64,000 nucleotides of DNA from Lama glama (Eukaryota), in assembly GCA_028534125.1 (NCBI GenBank), contig CM052818.1:40612001-40676000 (forward strand), given 5' to 3'. Shown here piece by piece: positions 13,103 through 25,566 of the stretch. Numbering within the stretch: the first letter of the stretch is position 1; each line of letters begins with the position of its first letter. The notes under the pieces were generated by a model. The model saw nothing but the letters and a program-made list of their open reading frames with translations. It did not search any database and was not told where the DNA came from. The position numbers and the translations under genes were made by a program.

Positions 13103-13323
13103 GGGGAGTTTGAGATTTACAAATGTTAGCCACTATATATAAAAATAGATTTTAAAAAGTTTCTGCTGTATAGCACAGGGAACTATGTTTAATATCTTGT
13201 AATAACCTTTAATAAAAACATATGAAAATGAATGTATGTATGTATAGGCGTGACTGGGACACTGTGCCATACACTAGAAATTGACACATTGTAACTGATG
13301 GCACTTCAACTTAAAAAAGAAAA
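13103..13323 (+). mobile_element. L1 3'UTR end fused to U6 (3' half of the chimera)
   Basis: Closely similar to the L1 3' end at 61984-62200 of this window ('aaatgttagccactatatataaaaatagatttt'); ends in an A-rich tail. Confidence 0.92.
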
Positions 13324-13324
13324 T

Positions 13325-13595
13325 CATTAGCTTGCTGGAGTTGTTTTAAAAATTAAAGTACCATGAACTGAATAGCTTAAAGAACAAAATGGGATTCTCT
13401 CAGTTCTAGGGGCTGGCTGTCCAAGATAAAGTTTTCAAAGGGCCATGCTCCCTCCCATCTAAAGATGTTAGAAAAGGATCTGTTCCAGTCTTCTCTCCTA
13501 CCTCCTGGTAGATCCTCGGCTTGTGGTTGCATAAAATCGATCTTCTCATAGCGTTCTCTCAGTGTGTTCATCTGTGCTCAAATTTCCACTTTTGA
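13325..13595 (-). mobile_element. MLT1 LTR fragment
   Basis: 'aaagtaccatgaactgaatagcttaaa...cagttctaggggctgg...gggccatgctccctc'. Confidence 0.75.
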
Positions 13596-14906
13596 ATATT
13601 AAACATGAAGTCAAGAAAATGAAGTGATACTTCAGTGTAGTTTTGATTTACATGGGAATGGGAATTTTTAAGAAGACTAAGGATTAAAGACCAGAAGGAC
13701 ACCTCCAGAGTCCTCCAGGATGGAGCATCTGAAGGGTGTTTGGTGCAGAACTGGGAATAAAACCTGAGTTTCTAGACCCTTCTTTGCAAGGCCATTTTAC
13801 TCCTAATCCACCTCACATGTGGGTTAGTTTATACAAGTGGTGAGGACAAACCCGGGTCCCCACTGGGACATCCAGGGCCGAGCTCTGGTAGTCGTGCTTA
13901 CACTGTGACCACCTCTGCAAACAGCCTACAAGGCCTTTCCAAAGTGAGTCGGACGCACAACTCTGTAAGTAACTGAATGTTGATAAGACACCAAGAATTC
14001 ATGAAATTCCCAGAAAATATTTTAAGTATTTCTCAATTTATTTCTCCAAATGGAAACAATGACTCATTTAATATGGATAAATACTTTCACCAAATCTATT
14101 TCTTTTCAATTTGAAGTCTCATTTTTGTTTGTTTCCCCTCAAAAAGCACTTAGACTTTTTCTGAGAATATTCAGATTTGTTATTGAAGGTTTTTTTAATT
14201 ATATGAAGCAATAAAGTAGACATACTCAGTGAAAGATCTAAAGAAAATGTTATTAACATTATATTTAAGATTTTACATGTTTTTAAACCATTCCAAAATA
14301 ACTAGACTTTTCTGATGAATTTTTGTAGTAAGATATATGAGGTTATTTGACAAATGACTTTGAGTCTTTGGGGCATAAAAATTGTCAAAAGCAATGAAAT
14401 TTAGCCTCATGCCCAATCTGTGTAGAATGTGATCTCCTTGCATTGCGAAAAATATTTCAGCAGCGTTATCATCAAAGTCTTAGCAAATCAATATTTTTAA
14501 GCTATACCAGACAGAATTAAGCTAAATCGATGTTGCTTTTAAAATGTTGTAAAATTTAAATCCTGCCCTTGAGGAAGTTATTTGGTCAGTTTAGGGGCAG
14601 GGGGTGGGGGGGAAACAAGAGAGAGTCAGAGAGACAGCAGAAACAAAGGATGCAGTCCTAAGAAAATGAAAGCAGACCACAACTATATAATTTCTAGCCT
14701 AGAGATATTTCATTTTTGTTAATAATTTATTATAACTGTTTGTGAAGGTACAGTTATTTCACAAAAAATTAATTTAAAAAAAGTTTTAAGAAATATAATG
14801 TAGCAAGAAAAATGGCAGAGTAGGTAATGACAAAAGCCTGTCCTCCACGAAAGCAGTGAATAAACTGGGGGAAAAACTCGTCATAATCAACTTTTTTTGG
14901 GGGGCC

Positions 14907-15334
14907 TTTTTTTCTCAATAACGTCAGTACAGTCAGTTTAAAATCTTGTGTCAATTTCTGGTGTACAACATAATTTTTCAGTCAATCATAAATAAAACAC
15001 AATAAAATAATGCTATTTGCAGCAACATGGATGGACCTGGAGATCTAAGTGAAGTAAGCCAGAAAGAGAACGAAAAAGACCATATGATAGCACTTATATG
15101 TGGGATCTAAAAAAAAAAAAAAATGACACAAATGAACTTATTTACAAAACAGACTCACAGGCATACAAAGCAAACTTATGGTTACCAGGAGGGAAAGGGG
15201 GTGCGAAGGATTGAATTGGGATTTTGAGATTTGCAGATACTAACATTACATATAAACAAGTTTCCACTGTACAGCACAGAGAAATATATTCAATATCTTG
15301 CAGTAACCTATAGTGGAAAAGAGTATGAAAAGGA
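14907..15334 (-). mobile_element. Second 5'-inverted (twin-primed) truncated L1
   Basis: Poly-T plus antisense L1 3' terminus at 14907-14990, joined through 'cata' microhomology to an oppositely oriented ORF2-end/3'UTR segment (14991-15334) that stops just short of the other piece. Confidence 0.85.
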
Positions 15335-16225
15335 GATAATTTCATTTAAATAAAATTTCATTTTATTTAAAATAGTTTAAGCTCCATAAAGCATATGAAG
15401 TTATATTTTCAAATTTCAAGAAATATGGCAAATATGTTCTTCTCTGGGCATCATTTAATATTTGACAACTTTGCCCCTTAATGCTTTTGCTATCTAAATA
15501 CATTTTTTTGGTGGAGTTTTTATCCATTTGGGTGGAGTTTTAAAAATCTTTCTGTCACTATATCATCTTCAACTCATTCTTTAAAGCAGAGAATTATTCC
15601 TTTTTTGTTGCTGTCAAGATATGAAATAATTCTTTGGGATACATTATATTCAAGAACCACATATTTGTTTTGATGCCCAGGAGTGAGATGCTTTTGAGAA
15701 ATAGCATACTTAGTGACAGTACATTCTACAAGTAATGTGGGTACAGCATTTGGAGCACTGCTATATGGCTACCTATATCTGTTAATTATGTTCGTGCTCA
15801 CAATTTGAAACTCTTCTCGCATGACTCCTGCCTCCAGCTGTGCCTCTCCCACCATCTTTGACCAGATGGATGCTCTCAGTCTGCTACTTGCCATGTAATT
15901 CTGCAACCGTATTTACCATGCATTAAAATTATTCTGAGCTTCTATTTAATTCCTCCTGATTGTCCCAGGGCCAAGTACAGTCTCTGAGCTTTTGTGAGCA
16001 CCGGGCAAATCCTTGTGGGGAAAGAAAGGCGATAAGGAACTAGAAATGTCATTCTTTTCTAATTCTAGGTTTGACTGGCTTATCCCACTGATAGTTAATG
16101 CAAGTGGGAGTATGGCAGCCTTGGGGACAAGAGTCCTCAGCATTCTCCAAGAGTTACACCATTAATGAGTAGGGTGGGCCACTCAAACCCAAAATGCCTG
16201 CTGATAAGCTTTATGTGGAACACAA

Positions 16226-16589
16226 ATACTTCAGTCTGCTCTGACTGTAACAGCAAGTGATACCATAGATTGGGTGGCTTATAAACAATAGAAATTATTT
16301 CTAACAGCTGTGATGGGTAGAAGTCCAAGATCACTGTGTCAGCATGGTTGGGTTCTGGTGAGAGCCTTCTTCTTGGTTTGTTAATGGCCGTCTTCTCCTT
16401 AAATCTTCACGTGGTAGAGAGCAAAGAGAGTTCTCTGGGGTCTCTAATAAAGGCACAGATCCCATTTCGGAGAGTTCCACACTCATTACCTCATTACCCA
16501 CCAAAAGCTCCCCCTCCTAACACCATTACATAGGTGGCAAGGAATTCAATATAAGAACTTCGGGGGACACAAACATTATGTCCATAGCA
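16226..16589 (-). mobile_element. MLT1A0-like solo LTR
   Basis: 'taccatagattgggtggcttataaacaa...ggttgggttctggtgagagcc...gggggacacaaacatt..ccatagca'. Confidence 0.85.
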
Positions 16590-17689
16590 ACGACCATGTG
16601 GTGTTGGGGAGACTTTAAGACAGTCAGATCTGTCTGATCACGGAGCTGAGTGTACCTGTTCAACCCTAAGTAGCTCTGGAAAGTCTGGGGTGTGGAGTCA
16701 GGAGAAGCTGAACTCCACCCAAGATTTTCCAACCAAAAATGTCACCTTCTCAAACATTATTCTCACCCCACTGGGCTTGATATTTCAAATCAAGGAGTCT
16801 GACCACATCAAAGAAGGTTCTTTTCTTTCTAAAATTCTTAATATGACCCCTTATTGTACCGTTTACATTAACAGCTTCATCCGTGAAATCAGCTTAGTCA
16901 TGGGTTATCCTTACTTAACTCTAAGCAGCTCATCTTTTCTCTTAAGCCTCCTTCCTCAAGTTCCCCTGAACTAGGAATCATATTACTCTCACATGTTTTA
17001 GATGCTCTAAGGGTTTTAGCCTCATATGTCTATTCACTTCCTTTTTTCTGATAGAACCATCCCATTAAATCCAGCCTTTCATTAGTATATACTGAGCAGC
17101 TACTACGTTCCAGAATCTACAGTGTATGTACCTCCCATGAAGAGGGACTAAGGGCTTCCTAGGGCAGTAGCAGTTTTGCAGGATGAGGCTGGTTATGAGA
17201 GTTATTTCTTACTTGTAGACACAGGTATCCAGAAAAAGAAGGGTTTTGAAGAGTGGTAAGTACATTGCTATGAGGAGAAAGGAAGCAGGCAAAGAAGAGA
17301 GTCTGAGTAGGTTTTTGAGCCAGTTGTCAACCAGCCAGGTGGATGAGTCCAGGGGAAATAGGAACATCAGAGTTGATCCTGGTTCAATATCTCAGCCTGT
17401 GATCATTGTTTGTGGTCGCTACTCTGTAAACTGATTCACGGCAGGGCTGCGGTATTTAAGGATCGAGAACAAGACAGATAAATGTAGACTCTTCCAGTTG
17501 GGGTTAAAAAATGAATTGCCTAAGGACAAGTACAGGTACGTATTGACAGAGGATGTTTAAAGGTATTTTTATTTTAAATTATGAAATATTTCAAATATCG
17601 ACTGACCACAAGCGCAACCTGAGCCAACAGGATTCTGAGGCTGAAGAAACCTAAAATTATCCAGCCATTAAGCACTGAGGGAAGAAATG

Positions 17690-18240
17690 CAATGCCTAGC
17701 TCAAGGGGAGCCATGGTTTCCTGGATCTGCTTGGATCAGACACTTATGTGCATTTTGATCTCGTCCAGAGGTGCAGTGAAGCATGTTCTAAGGACAGTGG
17801 TCACAATAGTGAGGCGATCAGCACCCGAGACCTCTGAGGGATGCTTGAAGAAGCTTAGGCTGTTTAATTGGAAGGCGAGGCCCGGGGAGTGGGCTGGGGG
17901 GAGGGGGTTGCTGTGACAGCTATCTCCCAGCGATTGAAGGGCTGTCATGGGCACAAGTGGAAATGACTTGGTCTCTCGACTCCAGAGGGCTGTTCAAGAT
18001 CAGTGTGGAAAGTCACAAAGAGGAAGCAGATTTCAGCTCCATGTGGAGAACTTTCTAAGGGGAAGATTGACCAGCAATGGAGTGTTGGGCCTTACAAGAA
18101 ATGAATGCCCTGCCCCTGGAGGGCTCAGTCAGATGCCAGATGCCACCTTCTGAGAAGGCTGATCAGTGGATTTCTGTATCTGGGAAGAAAGTTGGAAAAG
18201 ACAATCTTACAATTCCTTACATCCTGTAGTTTCCTTGAGT
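17690..18240 (+). mobile_element. CR1/L3 LINE 3' remnant
   Basis: 'ttgaagaagcttaggctgttt..ggaag', 'tgaagggctgtcatg', 'ccagagggc' and 'gcagatttcagctc...gaactttctaa' match the L3 ORF2 end. Confidence 0.75.
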
Positions 18241-18639
18241 CTACCTATGGATACAGAGCTGAGACGCTGTATCTCAGATAAGCCTCTCAGGTTCCATTAT
18301 ACAGATGAGAAGACTGAGGTGCTCAGTGATTAACAGAAAGGTCACAGAGTGTGTTAGCTGTGGAGGCAAAACAGAAGCCCAGATCTTCTTAAGCTCTTCT
18401 GGGTTTGTTTTGTTCCTTCTCTGTCCTGGTACTTCTGCTTCTTAAAGTGATTCTGATATACAATCCAGCAAGCTTATTTTTTAAATGGTTGAATGACTTT
18501 GAAAATAACCTTATGTAGGTAAAAATTCATTTAAACACATTTCCCAGATGAATGATTAAGAAAATAGATTTCTGCTGGAAAATAGTAGTTGGAAATGACT
18601 TTTGATGCCACAATCATCAGGCTATCCTCAGTTCACATT

Positions 18640-19240
18640 TCTTTAACCCTCAAATAATGCTTGTGTGCCGGATACTAAGCTAGTCTTGGAGAATCAAAAA
18701 TAAATAAGACACTGCTTCTTCCCGAGATGCTCATAGTCCCAAGGTGTGGGAGATGGGCAAAGAAAAATCCACGACAATGCAAAGTATGAATGCTCAACAG
18801 AGACATAAGTTTTATAGACTGCTATGGAAGGTCATAGAAGGGAACTTCTAAATCTGCAGGAAAATTACAGGAAGGCTGCAAAGAAGAGATGACAATGATC
18901 TGCAAGTTGAGATGCATAGAAAATAGAACAGAAGAAACAGCAAGGTACGGTAAGCATGTATGAGACCTGAGGAGTTCACTGGATCTGAAATTTCAAGTGT
19001 TTGAACAGGAAGTGGTGGAGAATGAGGCCACAGTTGAGAACCACACTTAGGAATTTGGATTTGACCAAACAGAAATTTAAAAACTTGGAAAAGAAAATCT
19101 TAAAATTCCGACTTTCTTCCCTGTTTATATCCACATTTTAGGAGGATCACTTTGGCAGCTGGATTAAAGACAGATACTGTCTTGATATGTTGAAGAGCTC
19201 ACATATCAGAGACCGCTAATGCAGTCTACTATCAAAATAA
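18640..19240 (-). mobile_element. L2 LINE remnant
   Basis: 'tgcttgtgtgccggatact..gctag', 'gctcatagtcc' and 'ttttaggaggatcactttggcagctg'. Confidence 0.65.
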
Positions 19241-19619
19241 TTTCTTTACTGGCTTATGGAGTCTCTTTTCCCAATTTGCTAATAATATAACATTCAAATT
19301 GTCTGGAAACACTTTAAAAAGGTAAAAGCAGAAACCCTGAAGTTTTCTGATTCTGACTTTTTTGTTTATTTCAGGGGATGGCAAGCTGTCAAGGGTAGAG
19401 ACAATGTTGTTATGCCCCCTAACAGCCAACACAGCTCCAGCTACACGAGGCCTCAGCAAATGTCTAATAAACTGACATACAGAGAAGATGCACCATTTTC
19501 AAAAATCAAAGATGAAGAACAGCATTAGAGTACACCGGTCATGCTTTAACTCAAAAATAATTTGGAAAACAATTATCACTATTTTGTTCTGATTATCACT
19601 TGTAATATATTTTTAATTA

Positions 19620-20146
19620 ATTGATCTGCTTAGTTAGATATACTTTTTGCCATCTAAACTCCTTTACCCTTCTTTGGGTAAAGTGTACATGAGTTTTGCC
19701 TACTCCCAACTTATGTAGTGTAGTTGGAGTTGAAGCCACTCCAAACTCTAGGGTAAGTTGTTATTGGCCAGAACCAATCAGCATACTGCATTCTCCTGAT
19801 AAAGTGATTGGTTTAGAGATGATTAAAACACACAATCAGACCATATGAGCTCCTGATTACTTTCCTGGAGTTTCTGGAGAATAGATCCTCATTTACTTTG
19901 AAGCTGGAGATAGGAGGATTCAAGGCCTGGCTGGATGCAGCCAACGTCTGATCATAGAAGGAGAATCTCCCTGAGAACTGGGTAACATAGCAGGTGTTAG
20001 AGTCTTGCACCTTTGAGACCAGGGCCTGAGCCAGAGCCATCACTGGAGTTTTCATCTACATTAGCCATAAACTAACTGTTCCTTTTGCCTAAGCTAGTTT
20101 GTATTAGATTTTCTGTCACTTGCAACCCCAAACTCCTAACTGGTAG
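19620..20146 (+). mobile_element. Old MLT1 LTR (MLT1J/K-like)
   Basis: 'ggccagaaccaatcagcatactgcattctcctg..gtgattggttt' and 3' end 'ttttctgtcacttgcaacc...cctaactg'. Confidence 0.7.
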
Positions 20147-21652
20147 ATACGATTTTAGGAAGAAAATTGATAAGCTAAATTTATCATTCACTCCATCTGC
20201 CTATTAAGAAAGTTGTCTCTGTGATTAAGCTTTTTTTTTTTTTTTCCTGTAAAACCTGCCTGGATGTCATCTTTCTAGCTCTGCTTTGTGATGGTACACA
20301 GAGAGGCTCCCACTACATAATGAGATTTCTTGGGAACTTACCCTTTCTCGTAGAGCAGACATTTGTGGCCTTATCTTTATGTCTTAATGGACTATGAGTT
20401 TCTAGTAAGTGAGGGAATTTTCTTGCTTATCTTTGGGTCTTCCACAGACCCTAGCTAAGAGCCTGGAATGTATCAGGTACTCAACAAATGTTTGATAAAG
20501 TAATTTGCATTCATTCTATCAATGCAAGTACAATATTCTTCTCAGTTGTAGAAAATTGAATTTTGAGTTGTTCTGACAGCACTGCTATTTTAGAAAGTCA
20601 ATAGAAATAAATATGAAATTAGTGAAAACATTTCCTTCTGAATCACTCATAGCTTCTATCCCGAGTGGAACAGAAGCAGTGATGTATTATGAAAGGGAAA
20701 GTTAATATTTGTCTAAATGGTATTTTTAAGAACTAGGCAATGTTGAAGAAAGCCCTTTAGTTTTATTTTCATAGAACTGGGAAATGATGTTTTGTCAAGA
20801 GTGAAATACACATTTTAACACAGACAAACTCAAACTTTCTCAAAAATAATAGCAATTCATTGTATCTGATGCCAAAGGCCAGCAAAGGACAACTATTGAA
20901 TTGATTAACATAATTAACTTCCTCTTCCTTTATCACCATTTTATCTGTTCTTGGGGAAAGTCACATCAATTAATCGTCCTGACTTCCCATTCTCATTATA
21001 GAAATTCAGCACCCTGCACACTGTCTGCACATTTTTGGGGCCCAAAGAATGTTTATTGAAATAAAGTAAAGGAAAAAAAACCTGACATTCCTGAGTGTAT
21101 ACTATGTATCAAACATTTTTTAAAAGTTTTAGTTTTTTAACTCTCTTAATTCTTATGACAACTCCTTTATTCATTAATTCACCCATTTATTCCTCATTTA
21201 ACAAGTATTATCATTGGCCTATTATGTGATAAACTAATGAGTACAAGAATAAGAATATGTTCAAGGACTCGTGTATCCAAAGTCTGTCTCATTCCCTCCC
21301 TGCCTCTTAGGTAGCTGCCCCAGAACAAGGGAAAGAATAGCAATAATCTTAAGCACAAAGGAAATCCTCATGCTGGAGGACTAAGAGGCACACTGCAAGC
21401 AGTATTGATGAGGAAGGATTGGGAAAAGGCTAGAAGCCCTGAAGCCCCAGTTCTAGAATCTTTAATGTCTTGTTATGACTTCCCAGTTCTCTATGAGAAA
21501 GTTAGACTCATGATGACATATATTTGGTCTTTTAGATCTTTTAGATGCCAACTTTAAGAAATAGATAATAAGTTCCCAATGTCCTTTTGGTTGCTTTGAC
21601 AAGTAGGAACGCTTCCAAATAATAGCAACTTTATCATCTCTTGGGTGCTTAT

Positions 21653-21675
21653 CACACACACACACACACACACAC
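21653..21675. repeat. (CA)11 microsatellite
   Basis: Direct read of the sequence. Confidence 0.95.
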
Positions 21676-22104
21676 TAAACAATGCACGTTTTGTTACATG
21701 CATTTAATCCGTACAGATCCCTGTATGGTTAATACTATCAGTCAACATATAGACGAGAATGTTGAGGACTTACCAGATTAAATATACATTCGAGGACATG
21801 TAACCAGTAAAAAGCCAAGCTAGGGATGTTTGTCTAGTGTCTCCTTGGCTCATATAATCCTGTGTACAGTATTAATTTGTTCCTTTTACAAGAACTATCA
21901 AGCCGTCTTTTCAAGGGTCATGTTAACCTAGCCTGTGTGAACTGGCCCAAATTCTGAATGAATGGGGTCTGAATTACTGACATTTCCTCACATAAATTTT
22001 TTCTTAAAACGGTTTGAGTCAGCTTGCATAAAGGTGGTTTGGGCAGCTCAAAATCAGTGAAAGAATCAAATGCAATTAGCCAGCAGTCCTTTCTCCTCCA
22101 CTTA

Positions 22105-22477
22105 GTTTTAGTAGCCTGTTCAGGCTGCCATAATACGATATCAAAGCCTGGGGGGCTTAAACAGTAGGAATTTATTTCATCAGAGCTCTGGGGTCTAGAA
22201 GTCCAAGATCAAGGTGCCAGAGAATTTGTTTTGTGGTGAAGCTCCTCTTCCTGACTTGTAGGCTGCCTTCTTGCTCTGTCCTCACATGGCCTCTCCTCTG
22301 TGTATGCATGGAGAGAGATTCTGAGGACACCAGCCCTATTGGATTAAGGCCCCACATTTGTGACCTTACTCGGCCTTTGTTACCTCCCGATAGGCCCCAT
22401 CTCCAAATATATAGTCACATTGGGGGTTGGAGCTTCAACATAACAATTTGTAGAGGAAAACAAATCACTCCCTAACA
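22105..22477 (-). mobile_element. MLT1A-like solo LTR
   Basis: 'caggctgccataa...gaagtccaagatcaaggtgcc...tattggattaaggcccca...cctaaca'. Confidence 0.8.
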
Positions 22478-22789
22478 CCAGGCCAGCATCCTCTCCAGCA
22501 GGGAAGTCAGTTTCTAGTGGGACTTGGAGAGATCAGAAAAAAGGACAGTTTACTTCCCTCACCCAGAGTGAAATGAAGGGCCAGTGGCTTCAAGCAATGA
22601 AACCAAATCTTATGCCTAAAATTGAGGTCATTCCTGCGACAAAGTGAGCATCATCTTCCTTCTCTTTTTTCTTAATAAAGGCCTATGAAGACAAATTATA
22701 CGATTTAAATAAACAAGCGAGGGCAAGGTTATAGCAGCCGATTAGATTAAAGAGATACAGGTTCAGTTAAACTTCCAACTATACAGTTT

Positions 22790-23345
22790 TATCCACTTCG
22801 CACCATCTCCAGCATTATCATCTTCACCCAGAATGCCCCTCTGCTTCCTTCTGGGCCACCGCAATAGACTCTTGAATGATCTCTTTTCCCCCGATGCTCT
22901 ATCTCCAAACCAATTCTAAATGGAAACTGGAGTAATGTGTCTAAATACAAAATTAATCATATCTTTCCCCTGCTTGGAATCCCACAGTGGCTTCCAAATT
23001 CTCCTTTGATAAAGACTCAAATTCTTCACATTGAATTTTCCATCAAGCCCAGCATGACCTCGGATGCCCCGTTTCTCCTGGCTCCTTAGGCCCCAGAACG
23101 CTTTGCCCTTGGTCTTCAGCCCCAACCTTCTCCTGGCTCTTCAGGCCCCCTAGACCAGGTCTGGACCCTCGCTGAGAAGCTCTCACAGCCCTTCTCCATC
23201 AGGACTCTGAGTCCCGTTACAGTGACAGCCTTAGCTGTGTGTCTCCCACAGATGTCAGGTCTCTGGGGCCAGGGCCACTGACGACCCAGAGCCATGCTTC
23301 GGCAGTAAGCCCTCCATAAACACCTGGTGTGTGAATGACTCTGGG
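22790..23345 (+). mobile_element. L2 LINE remnant
   Basis: 'atcatcttcaccca', 'tcccctgcttggaatcccacagtggcttcc' and a tail 'ctccataaacacc..gtgaatgac'. Confidence 0.6.
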
Positions 23346-25320
23346 TGAAAGGAGATTTGGCTGCCAGGTTAGAGGACCGAGATTTCAATCTCTTGAATAT
23401 AAGAAGCCATGGAAGATTTCTGAACTTGAAAGTGATGGGCATAAAACTGTTTCACCAATCTCCCCCGGAATGAATTTGAAGGAATTTAGCACCACCTCTT
23501 CCACTTAACACTCCAGATGTTTCCAGGATGAAAACCTCTAGAAGTCAATGAAAGTCAGCTTAGAAAACTGATGCTTTTCGGTGACATTCTTCAGCACCAC
23601 TGCAGTCCGCACTTTCGGAGGAAGGAGGTGTAAGCTGGAGGAGAGGGGACTGCCTTAGGCCACAGAAGATGCCAAATTTTAGCCTTCAGGCTGCATAGAT
23701 CTTTGTGTATCAGCTGAGCCAAGGGCTGTATCTCAGAAAGATTCAGCAGCAGTGAAGTTAAAAATCTGTGCAGTCTAGAATTTATTTCTAGAGCTTGTCA
23801 CAATCCATAACTAGCTGGGGAGTTTGCATAAACATGTATTTACCGGCTGTCAGTATAAATGTAAAGGATGTGTGCGGGGGGCTGGTTTGTGCCATTTATC
23901 TTGACAGTCTCCTCGGGAGCTGCAGAACACGGTGTCGCTCCCATCCACGAGAGTTGGGTTAGGGGGAAAAAAAAGACTGAATTCACTCCAAAACACTGTT
24001 TTATTTTCAAGGCCATCTGTGCACAGACATACCCTAGAGGCAATAAAAAGCAGCATTATTCTTCATTATTGTCCTGGAAGAGTACTCTGGCTTAATAAGG
24101 GAGCCCTGATTTCATAAGTGGGAAGGAACAGCAGTTCCCTGGGTTGGTGAATTAACTTGCTTTTTATAAATAAATGGATTTTCTCCCTGAGTAAACTTTG
24201 CTGAAGTGATTCAGTGCCTTATTTTTACTTGAACCCAATATTCTAATATCGTGGAGCTCTGAATCTGGTTACTATTTTGGCTTTTGTATCTGAGATTAAA
24301 TTTCTATCCTGCAAATTTTTTAAAATCTTATTTGGTTATCCTATGAAAAATTTGGTTAAATATATATTTTAAACTTGGGGGTCACTTTTCAAGATGAGGC
24401 AATGTCATTAGTGAGTGAACAGGTGAATTGCTGGATTGGCCTCAGGGAAGAGCTCAGAAGCTTCTGCCCCACCCCCACTCCTCTTTAAAATGAGATGACC
24501 CTGCAGGGGCTTCTGGAATGTTTTCTAAAGCACTCGAATTCCCATACCCTTTGCCAGAGGAAATCATGCATTAATGCTAGCTTTAGTTTTGGAACTGGGC
24601 ACCCAATACTTAATTTGATCTTTGCAAAGGCATTTTTCAGGTGTGAAGATTTTTGAACACTTGGGTTTGCATTTCTGACATTATAACCACAATGTCCGTT
24701 TTCTTTCTACCTGGACTGGTGAGGACCCCAGGGAACACTTCCTGCTGTGGGCCATCCACTTCTGATGGAAGTGGCTGATACAAACTCCCCGTGCTTCTCT
24801 GGTTGCCTCAGGGCAGCACAGAGTGACACATAAGTGACCAGAGGACAAAGTCTGAAGTGAAGGAAGCCATCCTTGTAGTTGTGTATAGTCAAGAGTCAGC
24901 TATGTGGGTTGGGAAAATCTGTGGAATTAGGGCCAGGAGCCCTAAGTTCATACCCAACTCAATGTGAGATCTCTAGGAGGTCATGTAATTTCACCAAACC
25001 TCAATTTTCCCACCAGTAGAATGGGTCCAACCCTCCATACAAACTTGGTCTCCAGGGTCCGGTGAATGATGGATAGAAAAGCACGTAACAAGTGACCAAG
25101 CTTCAGTAAGACTGCTCAGTCACTGAAAATGAGAAGAATTTAAAGGGAATTCCAACCATGAAGGATGATGCAATAACAAGCAATCACTATGCGGCCCCAT
25201 GAGATGTTTCCCGGTGTCACAATCACCAACAGGTTATGTGGGAAAATGCTCAGTCACTCTTAAGAGTATCATATCAGGAATCAGCTTTACTGTTCCTATG
25301 AGCACAGTAATTAAGAATAT

Positions 25321-25479
25321 ATTCAAGATCTTGTAGTAGCTCACAGGGAAAAATAATATGAAAATGAATATATGTATATTCATGTATGACTGAAAAGGGT
25401 GCTGTACACCATAAATTGACACAACATTGTAAACTGACTGTAACTCGATAAAAAAAATAAATAAATGAAGTTTTTATAA
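25321..25479 (+). mobile_element. Short L1 3' end with TSD
   Basis: L1 3'UTR with A-rich tail; TSD aagaatat at 25313-25320 and 25480-25487. Confidence 0.85.
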
Positions 25480-25505
25480 AAGAATATGTAATTTCTAAGG
25501 TAATT

Positions 25506-25566
25506 TTTTTAGGGTTTATTGCTTATTTGTTTTTATCGATTGATTGATTGAAGCATAGTCAGTTAC
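25506..25566 (-). mobile_element. Very short L1 3' tip with TSD
   Basis: Reverse complement reads 'gtaactgactatgcttcaat' plus an A-rich tail; TSD aaggtaatt at 25497-25505 and 25567-25575. Confidence 0.75.

Noticed and set aside
17884..17907. Canonical G-quadruplex motif
   Set aside because: Isolated G-run expansion inside a CR1/L3 remnant with no supporting context.
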